Positions 11,218 through 21,884 of a stretch of DNA of 64,000 nt are shown here, in pieces. The notes below the pieces were generated by a model that saw only the letters and a program-made list of their open reading frames with translations, did no database searches and was not told the origin of the DNA. Each line of letters begins with the position of its first letter. The first letter of the stretch is position 1. A program made the position numbers and the translations under genes. Source of the DNA: an uncultured delta proteobacterium (GTDB lineage: Bacteria; Desulfobacterota; Desulfobacteria; Desulfobacterales; Desulfatirhabdiaceae); the NCBI GenBank assembly GCA_963789395.1, contig CAWBKP010000014.1, positions 32,001-96,000 on the forward strand, in the 5' to 3' direction.

Positions 11218-13662
11218 ATGATTAATTTATCAAAGAAATTCAGACAAGAGGACACGCCTCCCGGGGTTGCCCGGATGCCATTGCTGCCCCTGAGGGATAT
11301 CGTGGTTTTTCCTCACATGGTCGCTCCGCTGTTTGTTGGCAGATCCAAATCCGTCAAAGCCCTGGCAGACGCCATGAACAACGAGAAAAATGTTTTTCTG
11401 GCAACCCAAAAGAAAATCAGTGAAGAAAATCCGGACATCAATGATATCAGCCTGATTGGCACCATCGGAAAAGTTTTGCAGCTTCTGCGCCTTCCCGATG
11501 GCACGGTAAAGGCCCTGGTTGAGGGCAAATCCAGGGCACGAATCAGACAATTCGTCCATCAGGAAGATTTTTTTCAGGTTGAAATAGAGCCCATCACAGA
11601 AGACTACGTTGAAGATGCCGAATGTCTTGCGTTGGGAAGAGCGATTGTTAACAGTTTTCAAGAATACGCCGATCTTACCAAAAACATTTCCAAGGAACTC
11701 CTGAGCACTGTATCCGCCATTTCCAACCTTTCTCAGTTGTCCGACACTGTCTCTGCCCATTTTTCATTCAAGATCGAGAGCAAGCAGCACCTGCTGGAAG
11801 CCGATTCCCTGAACGAGCGGCTCACGCTTTTACTGAGCCTGATCAAGATGGAAATCGATGCCTATCAGATGGATCAGCGGATCAAGAACCGGGTCAAGGA
11901 TCAAATGGAAAAGACCCAGAAAAGCTACTATCTGAATGAACAAATGCGTGCCATCAAAAAGGAAATGGGTGCTGAAGAGGACGCTGGGGATGATCTCAAA
12001 GAGCTTGAAAGTCATATTCAGCAGAAAAAAATGTCCAAGGAAGCCACTGAAAAGGCCCTTCATGAATTCAAGAAGCTGAAGATGATGGCGCCGATGTCGG
12101 CTGAAGCCACTGTTATTCGAAACTACATTGACTGGATGACCAGCCTTCCCTGGTTTGAGCAGACCGAAGTTCAGGAGGATCAATTTGAAGCTGAAAAAAT
12201 CCTGAACGAAGACCATTACGGCCTGGAAAAGCCAAAAGAGCGCATTCTGGAATATCTGGCTGTTCAAACCCTGGTGAAAAAAGTGCGCGGCCCCATATTG
12301 TGCTTTGTCGGCCCGCCTGGCGTCGGAAAAACCTCTCTGGCCAAATCCATCTCTCGGGCAACCGGCAGAAAATACATTCGCCTTTCCCTGGGAGGGGTCA
12401 GAGACGAGGCCGAAATCCGCGGCCATCGCAGAACCTATATCGGAGCCATGCCCGGAAAAATCATTCAGTCCCTGAAAAAAGCCGGGGTCAACAATCCGGT
12501 TTTCTGCCTGGATGAAGTGGACAAGATGAGCATGGATTTCAGGGGAGATCCCTCGGCAGCGCTGCTGGAAGTCCTGGATCCCGAGCAGAATTCAGCATTT
12601 AACGACCATTATCTGGATGTGGATTACGATTTGTCGGACATCCTTTTTGTAACGACCGCCAATACCCTTCCGGACATTCCGCTCCCCCTTCAGGACCGCA
12701 TGGAAATCATCAAATTGTCCGGTTATACCGAATACGAAAAATATCATATTGCCAGAGATTTTCTGATCGCCAAACAGCTCCAGCAAAACGGACTAAAAGA
12801 AAAAACCGTCGAATTCACCAAAAACGCCATTTTAACCCTGATTCAACGCTATACCCGTGAAGCAGGTGTCAGAAACCTCGAGCGGGAAATTGCTTCCATC
12901 TGCAGAAAGATCGCCCGTGAACTTGTCAAAAACAAAACCCTTGACGCCATCACTGTCAATGCACGCTCGGTCCAGAAATATCTTGGCCCGCCGAAACATC
13001 GCCATGGCCTGATTGAGGAAAAGGATCAGATCGGGCTCGTGACCGGACTGGCATGGACTCAGGTAGGCGGTGAGTTGCTCGGCATCGAAACCCTGATCAT
13101 GCCGGGCAAGGGGGAACAGATCGTCACCGGCAAACTGGGAGATGTCATGAAAGAATCCGCCCAGGCAGCTGTCAGTTATGTCCGCTCCCGCGCAGATCAT
13201 CTGATGATCGATAAAGACTTTCACAAACAATTCGATATTCACATTCATATTCCGGAAGGGGCCATCCCCAAAGACGGTCCATCAGCCGGAATTTCCATGT
13301 GCACATCCATTGTCTCGGCGTTAACCCGAAGACCGGTTGATCGCACCATAGCCATGACCGGTGAAATTACGCTGAGGGGCCGTGTTCTTCCCGTCGGGGG
13401 CATTAAAGAAAAGATTTTGGCGGCCCATCGCGGCGGCATTAAGAAAATTATTCTCCCAAAAGAAAATGAGAAGGACTTAAAAGACATTCCCGAAAGCATC
13501 GCCAAGCAATTGGCTTTTATTCCTGTGGAACACATGGATGAAGTCCTTACCCATGCATTGATTTTGGAGCCGGGAAGCCGATTGTTCAATGGGGATGATC
13601 TGACTTTTGACATCATTGGCCGGCAATCGGAGGATATTCATCAAATTCATCCGCTGGTTTGA
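11218..13662 (+). CDS. lon: Lon protease
   Basis: PLLPLRD N-domain, [16 protein letters not shown] catalytic Ser motif. Confidence 0.98.
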   Translation: MINLSKKFRQEDTPPGVARMPLLPLRDIVVFPHMVAPLFVGRSKSVKALADAMNNEKNVFLATQKKISEENPDINDISLIGTIGKVLQLLRLPDGTVKALVEGKSRARIRQFVHQEDFFQVEIEPITEDYVEDAECLALGRAIVNSFQEYADLTKNISKELLSTVSAISNLSQLSDTVSAHFSFKIESKQHLLEADSLNERLTLLLSLIKMEIDAYQMDQRIKNRVKDQMEKTQKSYYLNEQMRAIKKEMGAEEDAGDDLKELESHIQQKKMSKEATEKALHEFKKLKMMAPMSAEATVIRNYIDWMTSLPWFEQTEVQEDQFEAEKILNEDHYGLEKPKERILEYLAVQTLVKKVRGPILCFVGPPGVGKTSLAKSISRATGRKYIRLSLGGVRDEAEIRGHRRTYIGAMPGKIIQSLKKAGVNNPVFCLDEVDKMSMDFRGDPSAALLEVLDPEQNSAFNDHYLDVDYDLSDILFVTTANTLPDIPLPLQDRMEIIKLSGYTEYEKYHIARDFLIAKQLQQNGLKEKTVEFTKNAILTLIQRYTREAGVRNLEREIASICRKIARELVKNKTLDAITVNARSVQKYLGPPKHRHGLIEEKDQIGLVTGLAWTQVGGELLGIETLIMPGKGEQIVTGKLGDVMKESAQAAVSYVRSRADHLMIDKDFHKQFDIHIHIPEGAIPKDGPSAGISMCTSIVSALTRRPVDRTIAMTGEITLRGRVLPVGGIKEKILAAHRGGIKKIILPKENEKDLKDIPESIAKQLAFIPVEHMDEVLTHALILEPGSRLFNGDDLTFDIIGRQSEDIHQIHPLV

Positions 13663-13670
13663 TTTTTTAC

Positions 13671-13699
13671 TTGACTCTCTTGGTAGTTTTTTATATAAG
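13671..13699 (+). promoter_or_regulatory. sigma70-type promoter for tRNA-Val/tRNA-Asp
   Basis: TTGACT-17 nt-TATAAG about 25 nt before tRNA-Val. Confidence 0.55.
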
Positions 13700-13724
13700 T
13701 TCAATCTCTTTGTGACTCAAAAAA

Positions 13725-13800
13725 GGGCGGGTAGCTCAGCTGGGAGAGCATCGGCCTTACAAGCCGAGGGCCACAGGTTCAAGCCCTGTTCCGCCTACCA
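13725..13800 (+). tRNA. tRNA-Val (TAC)
   Basis: Anticodon arm TCGGC-CTTACAA-GCCGA, T-arm ACAGG-TTCAAGC-CCTGT, CCA end. Confidence 0.97.
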
Positions 13801-13846
13801 GATCAGTCATTAAACTGGCTCTGACGCGGTAAAATCACAAAGAAAC

Positions 13847-13924
13847 GGGGGCGTAGCTCAGTTCGGTTAGAGCGCCGGCCTGTCACGCCGGAGGTCGCGA
13901 GTTCGAGCCTCGTCGCTCCCGCCA
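13847..13924 (+). tRNA. tRNA-Asp (GTC)
   Basis: Anticodon arm CCGGC-CTGTCAC-GCCGG, GTTCGAG, ends GCCA. Confidence 0.97.
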
Positions 13925-13936
13925 CTTGATTACCAG

Positions 13937-13971
13937 AGGGGTTACACTTCGTTGTAATCCCTTTTTTCTTT
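13937..13971 (+). terminator. Intrinsic terminator after tRNA-Asp
   Basis: GGGGTTACA-CTTCGT-TGTAATCCC hairpin followed by a T-run. Confidence 0.75.
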
Positions 13972-13997
13972 GTTACTTAAATGAAAGGAAGGCATTC

Positions 13998-14204
13998 ATG
14001 GCAAACATCACCCCTCATTGCGAAGGCTGTGTGAAAATTAATGCCAATAACGACTGTTCTGTTTATCCCAATCCCGCATTTATGATGCGGTGGGTGGATG
14101 ACAAGAAAATTAAAGTCGGTTGTGCATTCAATGCAGCCAAATTCTCCGCGGCAGCTTTAAAAGAGAAAGTCCGCGTCGGTCAGCAGAAACAGAAGAAAAA
14201 ATAA
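13998..14204 (+). CDS. Small cysteine-rich protein (PxxKW-family-like)
   Basis: AGGAAGG RBS; CEGC..C.VYPNP..RW..GC pattern and basic C-terminus KVRVGQQKQKKK. Confidence 0.7.
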   Translation: MANITPHCEGCVKINANNDCSVYPNPAFMMRWVDDKKIKVGCAFNAAKFSAAALKEKVRVGQQKQKKK

Positions 14205-14236
14205 CCGAATAACAGACACGCTCTGTTTTTCTCTAA

Positions 14237-14275
14237 TCCGGTGTAGTGGCATTATGCGAACGCCACTACACCGGA
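14237..14275. terminator. Strong hairpin downstream of the small Cys-rich gene
   Basis: TCCGGTGTAGTGGC-N11-GCCACTACACCGGA, a perfect 14-bp inverted repeat. Confidence 0.55.
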
Positions 14276-14515
14276 CGTCCTCATTTCAATATCCCCGGCT
14301 TCAGTCCCTTCTTTTTTCGTATGATTTCACAATGTCGATATTATTGTTCTGAGCATCAATATTGTGCCTCCTTTCAATGATACAGCCATTTATGCGGATC
14401 TTGCCTTTTATTAAAATAGCTGATAAGCAAAGATGCCTGTTATTTTCTTTGCTTCGGCAAGAGATCATTTTATGGGCATCTTCGGTAAGCCTGCAATAGA
14501 GCCCATTGAGAGGTT

Positions 14516-15445
14516 ATGAAAATCTATTCTACACCCCGCATTGCAGTAATATGTGGACCAACCGGTGTCGGAAAAACCACGGCAGCCATTGAAATCGCCT
14601 CTGCGCTGGATGCTGAAATCATCAGTGCGGATTCCATGCAGGTATACCGGCACATGGACATCGGAACCGCCAAACCTTCCGCAATGGAAAAAGCCCGCAT
14701 TCCACACCATATGATCGATGTTGTTGACCCGGATGAACCTTTCGACGCACAGCGGTATGCGAATATGGGCCAGAGTCTCATTTTTCAGCTTGCCGAACAA
14801 GGCATCCCAGTTGTGGTCGCAGGCGGAACCGGATTTTATATCCGCGCGCTGATTCACGGATTGTTTGAATCCGGTACCGGAAATTCCGATATTCGGCATA
14901 ACCTGAAGAACGAGGCAGATACCAAGGGAACGGATGAACTCTATCAGCGCTTACGTCAATGTGATCCCAAAGCTGCGGAAAAAATTCACCCTCACGATGC
15001 GTTCCGTATTGTTCGCGCCCTTGAAATTTATGAAACAACGGGCCAACCCATTTCGGCCTGTCACCAGGAGCACCGGCAGGCAGCCCCGCTGTTTGACGTT
15101 CTTAAAATTGGACTTTTTCGCCAAAGAGACATACTATATGAACGGATTAACCGTCGCGTGGAGTTGATGGTGGAAGATGGGCTGGTGGATGAAGTCAAAA
15201 GCCTTTTGAAAAAAGGGTTTTCATCCGAGTTAAAACCCCTTCAATCCATTGGATACCGGCATATTACGGCTTTTCTTGAAGGGCGCCTTAGCTGGGATGA
15301 CACGCTTCAAACGCTGAAACAAGACACGCGGCGCTATGCCAAACGGCAACTGACCTGGTTTAATGCCGATTCACAAGTTAAATGGGTAAATGCGGATCAC
15401 CTGGATGAAATTACCAACACCATCAAAACGTTTATGTATTCGTGA
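14516..15445 (+). CDS. miaA: tRNA dimethylallyltransferase
   Basis: GPTGVGKT, SADSMQVY, DIGTAKP, GGTGFY, YAKRQLTW. Confidence 0.97.
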   Translation: MKIYSTPRIAVICGPTGVGKTTAAIEIASALDAEIISADSMQVYRHMDIGTAKPSAMEKARIPHHMIDVVDPDEPFDAQRYANMGQSLIFQLAEQGIPVVVAGGTGFYIRALIHGLFESGTGNSDIRHNLKNEADTKGTDELYQRLRQCDPKAAEKIHPHDAFRIVRALEIYETTGQPISACHQEHRQAAPLFDVLKIGLFRQRDILYERINRRVELMVEDGLVDEVKSLLKKGFSSELKPLQSIGYRHITAFLEGRLSWDDTLQTLKQDTRRYAKRQLTWFNADSQVKWVNADHLDEITNTIKTFMYS

Positions 15446-15464
15446 AAGGTTTCGTTTTCAAGAG

Positions 15465-17222
15465 ATGATGAACAGAAACCGCCATGCTTTCATTATTGCT
15501 GCTGTCTGGATCGCTATTTTCGGGATGGATTTTCTCGCTGCGGCATCAAGTGAAGGTTCAGCTGTGCCAGTTTCGCAGCCGACATTCAAGTCGCAGATCA
15601 TCAAAAGGCTCAAGTCCGATCATACGGATGTGGATACATCCGCCGCAACATTTCCTTCAATTTATTATCACGCCATCCTGTTGAATTTTTACGAGGAACA
15701 CGGTTTCAATCCATTATGGGCAATGGATACAGGTCCTACACCCCAGGCAGACCAGTTCATACGCAATATCGAAGAAGCAGGACTGGATGGACTGATAGCC
15801 GAAGACTATCATTTATCCAGGATAAAACTCCTGTTTGTGGATTTCAAACAATCGCTGTTGCAAAATCGGCCTTTTAATCCTGCAAACCAGGCGGATTTAG
15901 ACCTGTTGCTCACGGATGCTTTTTTGCTATTCAGCTCTCATCTGCTCTCAGGCAGGGTGATTCCCAATGCCGTGGATTCGACCTGGTTATTTTTCAATCC
16001 AGCATCTGATATTACGTTGATTCTGAATTCCAAAGCGTATTCAAACCGGATTGAATCTTTTTTCGATGGACTGCGCCCTGCAAACACTGCCTATTACCGG
16101 TTGCGAAATGCGCTTCAGCTTTATATCGGAATTCAGAAAAATGGCGGCTGGCCTGTCGTTCCTTCAGGACCGAGCCTGAGAATCGGAGATACCAATGATC
16201 GGGTAGATAAAATTCGAAAGCGCCTGATCGTAACTAAAGACATGGATGCGCCTGCACGCAATGTCAAACCCACAGAATTTGACGAATCTCTGATGAAGGG
16301 CGTTCAGCGGTTTCAGAATCGACACGGGATTGAGCCGGACGGTGTTGTGGGCATTGCAACCCTTGCGGCGATGAATGTTCCGGTTTCGGATCGCATCCGT
16401 CAGATAGAGCTGAATCTGGAACGGTGGCGCTGGATTCCCCGCGATCTGGGTTCCCGGTATATCCTTGTCAACATCGCCGATTACAGTCTGGTGGTTGTGG
16501 AGAATCAAACGACGGTTCTGGATATGCGGGTGGTTGTCGGAAAGGCGTATCGCCGAACGCCTGTTTTCAGCGATAAAATGAAATATCTGGTATTGAACCC
16601 ATTCTGGAATGTTCCGATAAAGATTGCCGTCGAGGACAAGCTCCCCATTATCCGGAAAAACCCGCTTTATTTAACCCAGCAGCACATCAAAGTATTTGAA
16701 AACTGGAGTGAGGACGCCCCCGAAATCAATCCGGTAGTCATCGACTGGCACCGGGTGAATTCCAATTATTTCCCCTACAGACTGAGACAGGATCCGGGTC
16801 CACTGAATGCCCTGGGCAGGATTAAATTCATGTTTCCCAATAAGTTCGCCATCTATCTTCATGACACGCCCCAACGCGGGTTATTCAAAAAGGCAACCCG
16901 AGATTTCAGCTCCGGCTGTATCCGCATAGAAAAGCCGTTTGAATTGGCGAAATACCTGCTGCAGAATGATCCGCAGTGGACCGACCAAAAGATCACGGAA
17001 ACTATCGAAAGCGGCGTAACGACCGTGGTGCGCATCAAGAATCCCATTCCGGTTCACCTCCTTTACTGGACGGCCTGGGTGACTGAAACCGGAACGGTCC
17101 ATTTTGGAAATGACATTTACGATCGGGATCCGCCGCTTTCACGGGCGCTTAAAGCATCGCTGAAGGACTCGTTCCATTATATTCCTACAGAAAACCCGCA
17201 GGGACTAAGAGCAGATAACTGA
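15465..17222 (+). CDS. L,D-transpeptidase (YcbB/LdtD-like) with peptidoglycan-binding domain
   Basis: Signal peptide; FQNRHGIEPDGVVG PG-binding motif; YLHDTP..FSSGCIR YkuD catalytic motif. Confidence 0.9.
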   Translation: MMNRNRHAFIIAAVWIAIFGMDFLAAASSEGSAVPVSQPTFKSQIIKRLKSDHTDVDTSAATFPSIYYHAILLNFYEEHGFNPLWAMDTGPTPQADQFIRNIEEAGLDGLIAEDYHLSRIKLLFVDFKQSLLQNRPFNPANQADLDLLLTDAFLLFSSHLLSGRVIPNAVDSTWLFFNPASDITLILNSKAYSNRIESFFDGLRPANTAYYRLRNALQLYIGIQKNGGWPVVPSGPSLRIGDTNDRVDKIRKRLIVTKDMDAPARNVKPTEFDESLMKGVQRFQNRHGIEPDGVVGIATLAAMNVPVSDRIRQIELNLERWRWIPRDLGSRYILVNIADYSLVVVENQTTVLDMRVVVGKAYRRTPVFSDKMKYLVLNPFWNVPIKIAVEDKLPIIRKNPLYLTQQHIKVFENWSEDAPEINPVVIDWHRVNSNYFPYRLRQDPGPLNALGRIKFMFPNKFAIYLHDTPQRGLFKKATRDFSSGCIRIEKPFELAKYLLQNDPQWTDQKITETIESGVTTVVRIKNPIPVHLLYWTAWVTETGTVHFGNDIYDRDPPLSRALKASLKDSFHYIPTENPQGLRADN

Positions 17223-17272
17223 CAAGCGGGTCAATGCCGGAAGGCGGCATATTACCCGCAAGCCTGTCTTTT

Positions 17273-17831
17273 CTACCAGTACCGGATATCCCCCACGTCC
17301 ACATGAACGAAATTTTCTGAAGGGTAGTACCCGACCCCGCCTTGTTTGAGCGATACCGCAACCCGTCTTACCGCGGATATTTTTCGATCCGGCAAGCGGA
17401 TGTCAACGGCTTTTCCTTGGATATGCAGGCTGTTCTTGGCAACATTTCCGCTTTCCCTGCAAAGCAGGGCATTGGTTTCGGGAGTTCGGTATCCGGATAT
17501 GATGTGAAACGGGGATGAACGGGTTTCCAGCTTGAGGGATATACCATAAAGATAGTCAAGAAGATGGGGATCTATATTTTTGACGGCCCCCGTACGGTGA
17601 TCCCTGAATAAATAACTGACATCTTTCAGCGCTGCCGGGGAATACCGGCCTTTGGAAAAATAGGAAACGTCCAGCTTTTCACCGGTATGAAGATTTAAAA
17701 AATGCAGCGATTTGGATTGATTAATCTTTGCTTTTTTATCTTTTCTGACGAATCGCTGAAAAGGCTGTTTCCGGAACCATCCCCAGCAAAGCAGCCATTG
17801 CACCCATCTTCAAAAACCCTCTTCGGCTCAT
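17273..17831 (-). CDS. YcbK/MepK (DUF882) peptidase with Tat signal (frameshift near 17740)
   Basis: NLHTGE, RDHRT, IISGYR, SLHIQGKAVD, GGVGYY..FVHVDVG..RYW; upstream MSRRGFLK Tat motif in an adjacent frame starting at 17831. Confidence 0.85.
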
Positions 17832-17980
17832 ATGAAAAGTGCCATCTGCCGGCGTTTTGGCAAATAATGAAAAGATAGAGCCACCTCCTTTACGGTATTT
17901 TCTACAGAGATTTTCGTGCTGACTACATAGATAATAATACCTGCTTTTGTCAACCCATTTTTATTCATCCATGGCGCAAG

Positions 17981-18547
17981 CTATGCGCGAGACATGAACT
18001 TTCCGGTTTCTGTATTGACTTTGACCAGTTCTCCGGCTTCCATATATTCAGGAACCTGGACAACAACCCCATTTGAAAGCGTTGCGGGCTTGTTTCTTCC
18101 GGTAGCCGTCGCCCCCTTGATGGCAGGAGCGGTCTCCGCAATTTTCAGGTGAACGGACTGAGGAAGCTCGATACTGATGATGATTCCATCATTCAGCAGG
18201 GCGGTAATGCCTTCCAGGTTGTCTACCAGCCAGACGGACTGGTCCTCAAGCGATTCCTCTCCCAGGGTATACTGATTGTAGTCCTCGGTATCCATAAACG
18301 TGTAAAGACTGCCGTCTTTAAAAATGTACTGAACCGGTCTTCGACTTAATTCGACATCCTCCAGCGTATCGTTTCCCTTAAAAGATTGGTCCAGCTTCTG
18401 GCCGTTCTGAACATTCATCAACCGAACCTTGTACAGCGTCAGCGCCCCCCGCGCGGAAGGGGTTTTCACGTCAATATGTTTGACCATATAAATCTGTTGA
18501 TTTATGGTCACGACATTGCCTTTTTTTAAATTGGATGCTTTCAGCAT
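17981..18547 (-). CDS. efpL: Elongation factor P-like protein (YeiP/EfpL)
   Basis: EF-P fold (KPATLSNG, VQVPEY) with loop TPSARGA, the EfpL-type Arg-tipped loop rather than PGKG. Confidence 0.85.
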   Translation of the reverse strand: MLKASNLKKGNVVTINQQIYMVKHIDVKTPSARGALTLYKVRLMNVQNGQKLDQSFKGNDTLEDVELSRRPVQYIFKDGSLYTFMDTEDYNQYTLGEESLEDQSVWLVDNLEGITALLNDGIIISIELPQSVHLKIAETAPAIKGATATGRNKPATLSNGVVVQVPEYMEAGELVKVNTETGKFMSRA

Positions 18548-18834
18548 GGTAACGCATTGCTCCCTGAATTCATTTTTATCTGACGCCCGTCGGCAGGGCC
18601 GCGAAAAAAGCTTATAGGACGCCAGCCACAAAGGCCGGGATCGGAATTATCCCGATACAGTGTCCTCACCACAGAAGCTACAACGTCTCTGCTAACACAC
18701 ATTGCGATACAAGACAATGCTTTCGGGCGATCGCAAATCCGTCAAGCCATTGACACAAGGTCATTCTGAATCCAGTTCTTCCATTATTTTTCTTGGAAAA
18801 CCATGCGTGCCAGACAGTGAAACGACCGTCATCC

Positions 18835-19737
18835 TTACCCCATCAGCCTGTATATTTTCTCGGGAATCGGCAACTGACAATCATTTAGGATCACACCAAT
18901 GGAGGTGACGCCAAATTTCCGAAGCTTTTCAACGGCCCGTCTGCTGACTTCCCGCCGGGAGTAACCATAGCGGCATACCAGCGCCGTCATGTCCGTCACC
19001 CTTGCAAATTCGATCATGATAGGGCTTAAGGTCAAAGGCTGTCCATCAATGATTGTCAGGTCGAAATTTTCTCGACAATAGCCGATCAGGGTTTCAATCA
19101 GCTCACGAGATGGAGGATTGACGCCGACGTTTGTTGCATTTTCTCCGGTGCCTGAAGGCAGGAAAAAAAGTCCAGGATATTGGCTCCGCACGATGAGGGA
19201 TGAAAGTTCTTTTTTTCCGGACACAAAAAAATCAAGGCCGGGAAGGTTTTGAATAGTGGGAATGGCGGCATGGTTCAGGTTGGTGTCCATGTAAAGAATT
19301 TTCATTTTGTATTCTTTGGATAAAAACAGGGACAGAAAATAGGAAAAAAAAGTGCTTCCTTCTTTTCGAATTGCGCCGGCAACCAGCAGTGTCTCCACTT
19401 TTTGTTGGGTCGCCACCGTCATATTCGCCCAGATATCCGAGAGCTGATGGCGCATTTTCTGAAGCTTTTCAGGATAAGGATTGGCATGAATATCGAATGG
19501 CCTCAGTGAGTTGACTTGCGAATTGATCGGCTCGGAAGAAGCGCATTGCCCTCGGTTGATCTGATAATACACTTCTTCGAATGATTTGGCAGAAACCGAA
19601 GCTGTCTGATGGTGATGAGAATCGGGCAAATGCTGCTGCATATGCTGGCTGAAGAGACGATTATCAGCTTGCGGCGTTGTTGAAACGATCTGGCTTTCTT
19701 TATGTCTGAAATACGCTTCTTCCCACACATTCATCAT
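18835..19737 (-). CDS. CpsD/CapB (BY-kinase)-like P-loop protein with degenerate Walker A
   Basis: GAIRKEGST, ILYMDTNL, LFFLPSG, TIIDGQP, GVILN. Confidence 0.75.
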   Translation of the reverse strand: MMNVWEEAYFRHKESQIVSTTPQADNRLFSQHMQQHLPDSHHHQTASVSAKSFEEVYYQINRGQCASSEPINSQVNSLRPFDIHANPYPEKLQKMRHQLSDIWANMTVATQQKVETLLVAGAIRKEGSTFFSYFLSLFLSKEYKMKILYMDTNLNHAAIPTIQNLPGLDFFVSGKKELSSLIVRSQYPGLFFLPSGTGENATNVGVNPPSRELIETLIGYCRENFDLTIIDGQPLTLSPIMIEFARVTDMTALVCRYGYSRREVSRRAVEKLRKFGVTSIGVILNDCQLPIPEKIYRLMG

Positions 19738-19826
19738 GATGCCTGTTCCCGATATCTATGCTTGGATGAAAGCATGCTTTATGTTTAACCAGATGCCATA
19801 GCGTACAGCATTCACATGCGAATATG

Positions 19827-21685
19827 TCACCGCTTAACAATCTGATTTCTGAATCCATTTTTCAGAAGATTCTTATGCTCAGCTTCAGCTTCTGATTTTC
19901 GCTCATATGCCCCGACATACAACTGAAACCGGTCTTTTCCTTTTTGAATCACATAGGGAAAATAATCGGACTGTTTTAATCTGTCAAACATGCTCATAAG
20001 TTCTGTTTCAGAAACGATTCCTTCAAGTTGACAGGCGTATTCGGTTTTTTGCACCGTCACGCCGGACAGGTTATACAGCGTTTTAATTTTTTTTGCTTCA
20101 TCATCGGTTGGATAAAATCCGATATATACCCGCCACCAAACCCCCAGATCCCCCAGGTCCACTTTTACAAGATAAGGGGTCAGTCCCATCTGCCTGATCT
20201 CGGCAAGCTCCTGTTCAGCCCGGTGACGGGTGCTGATAGCTGGAAGATCTCAGCGAATACGGAAAAAAATCGGGTTCGGTGCTTTCCGGGAATAAGCGCT
20301 TGCGTTTTCTGAGGCAATTGGCTGTCCGTACTGGAAATCTCTGTTGATAACGGCGCAGCGGCACCTGGCGTCACGGCCCCTGCGTGTTCCGCCGGAGGAA
20401 ATGCGTCAACAACAGCTTTCGGATCCTTTTCATTCGGCGGAGATGGCACTTCTTTATTTGATCCTTCAGGCTGAGCCGAAATATTTCCTGGAACAGTCTG
20501 AACGGGTCGGGCATCCACTTGCGCCGGCATAGGACTCTGGGAAATCACCTGATGTTTTTCAGGCCAGTCGCCAGGGGAAAAAACCGCGGGCAGCTTGGCA
20601 TCTTTAAAAAAAAGCTGCGATATTACGGCTCCTGCCGACATCAAGAGCAACACCGCCGCAGTCGTCATCGCAATCTGTCCAATCCTTTTGCCAAATCCGG
20701 GTGCTTTGTCGCGAACTGCTTCGGATTGCCCTTCTTCACTTTCAACCTGCATCGCCGGCAGTGAATCTTGCTGCGCGACATCATTGTCCGTCGGAACCAG
20801 CTCGGCAATGGCAGTGCCCTCTTCTTTTCCAGCGGTTGTTTCTGGAACCAAATCGCTTTCTGATCCGGTTCCCGCAAGACTGCCTTCAACCATGGCAACC
20901 GCTTGCTCCACAACCGGAAGGGAAATGACCGTTAATTCCTTCGAAGCACCTAACAGCAGGCAGGTATCACAAATGTTATTAATAAGTCGGGGAACCCCGC
21001 CACTGGATGTAAAAATCTGATGCAGTGATTCTTCGGAAAATGCGGGAATACCTGTTGCTCCGGATTTAAGTAACCGAAAATAAATATAATTTTTTGTTTC
21101 ATCGAAATTAAACCGCGATAGATGATACCGTCGTTTAATGCGCTGGTTGAGAGAACTCAGGGCAGGAGTCTTCAACTCTTCCAGGAATGAGGGATGCGCC
21201 ACAAAAATGATACTCACCGGAAAAAATCCATTATGGTTGAATGTGGATAACTGCCTCAGATAAGTCAGGGTTTCCTGGTCAAGCTCCTGGGCATCATCAA
21301 TAATCAGATAAAACCGCGTATTTTCGTCATGGGTCCGGAAATAATCATAAATCACACTCTGAAGGATAGAGACGTCTTCAGGCATCGCGGAAATCCCCAA
21401 GCTGGAAGCGATTCTTCGCAGAATTCCGCCATAGCCCTCATTTGGCGTTGCGATGTATTCGACAGGGGTCTTTCCCTTCTTGCTTAAGACTTGAATCAGC
21501 CTGAGGCAGAGCAGGGTCTTGCCCATTCCATATTCACCAGTCAGCACCAGATAGGGTTCCTGAGTATCCATGCTGTAAAGCAGGTAATACCAGGCTTCCT
21601 TATGCGTATTGGAAATAAAGATGATGCCGGGATCCGGGTGGGTTTTAAAGGGCTCTGTTTTTAGCTGGTAAAAATCCTTATACAT
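19827..21685 (-). CDS. ExeA/GspA-like AAA ATPase with TM segment and C-terminal SPOR domains (about two frameshifts at 20220-20270)
   Basis: MYKDFYQLKTEPF, GEYGMGKT, IIDDAQ, GGVPRLINNICD; SPOR-like PYSLRSSSY, GVWWRVYIG and FQLYVGAY in downstream frames. Confidence 0.8.
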
Positions 21686-21884
21686 GGCCGTGCAGTATCC
21701 TTATGGGTGACAAAGATTCAAGCCCGATTGCAGAGAACGCCTATATAAATCGTCGGATAGCATGTAAACCATATCAATACCCCCTGAAAACAAAAAAGAA
21801 ACAACATACAAAATCAAATACAGCGCAGGCATGCCCAGCATACCGGAATCGATACTGCGGCAGAATCGGAGCCGTGTTGATTTG

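Noticed and set aside
13725..13800. G1-U72 and G7-U66 wobble pairs in the tRNA-Val acceptor stem
   Set aside because: Wobble pairs are tolerated and the rest of the cloverleaf is canonical.
18616..18666. Possible three-way RNA junction in the efpL leader
   Set aside because: Stems are short, overlap each other and favour different strands; no known motif.
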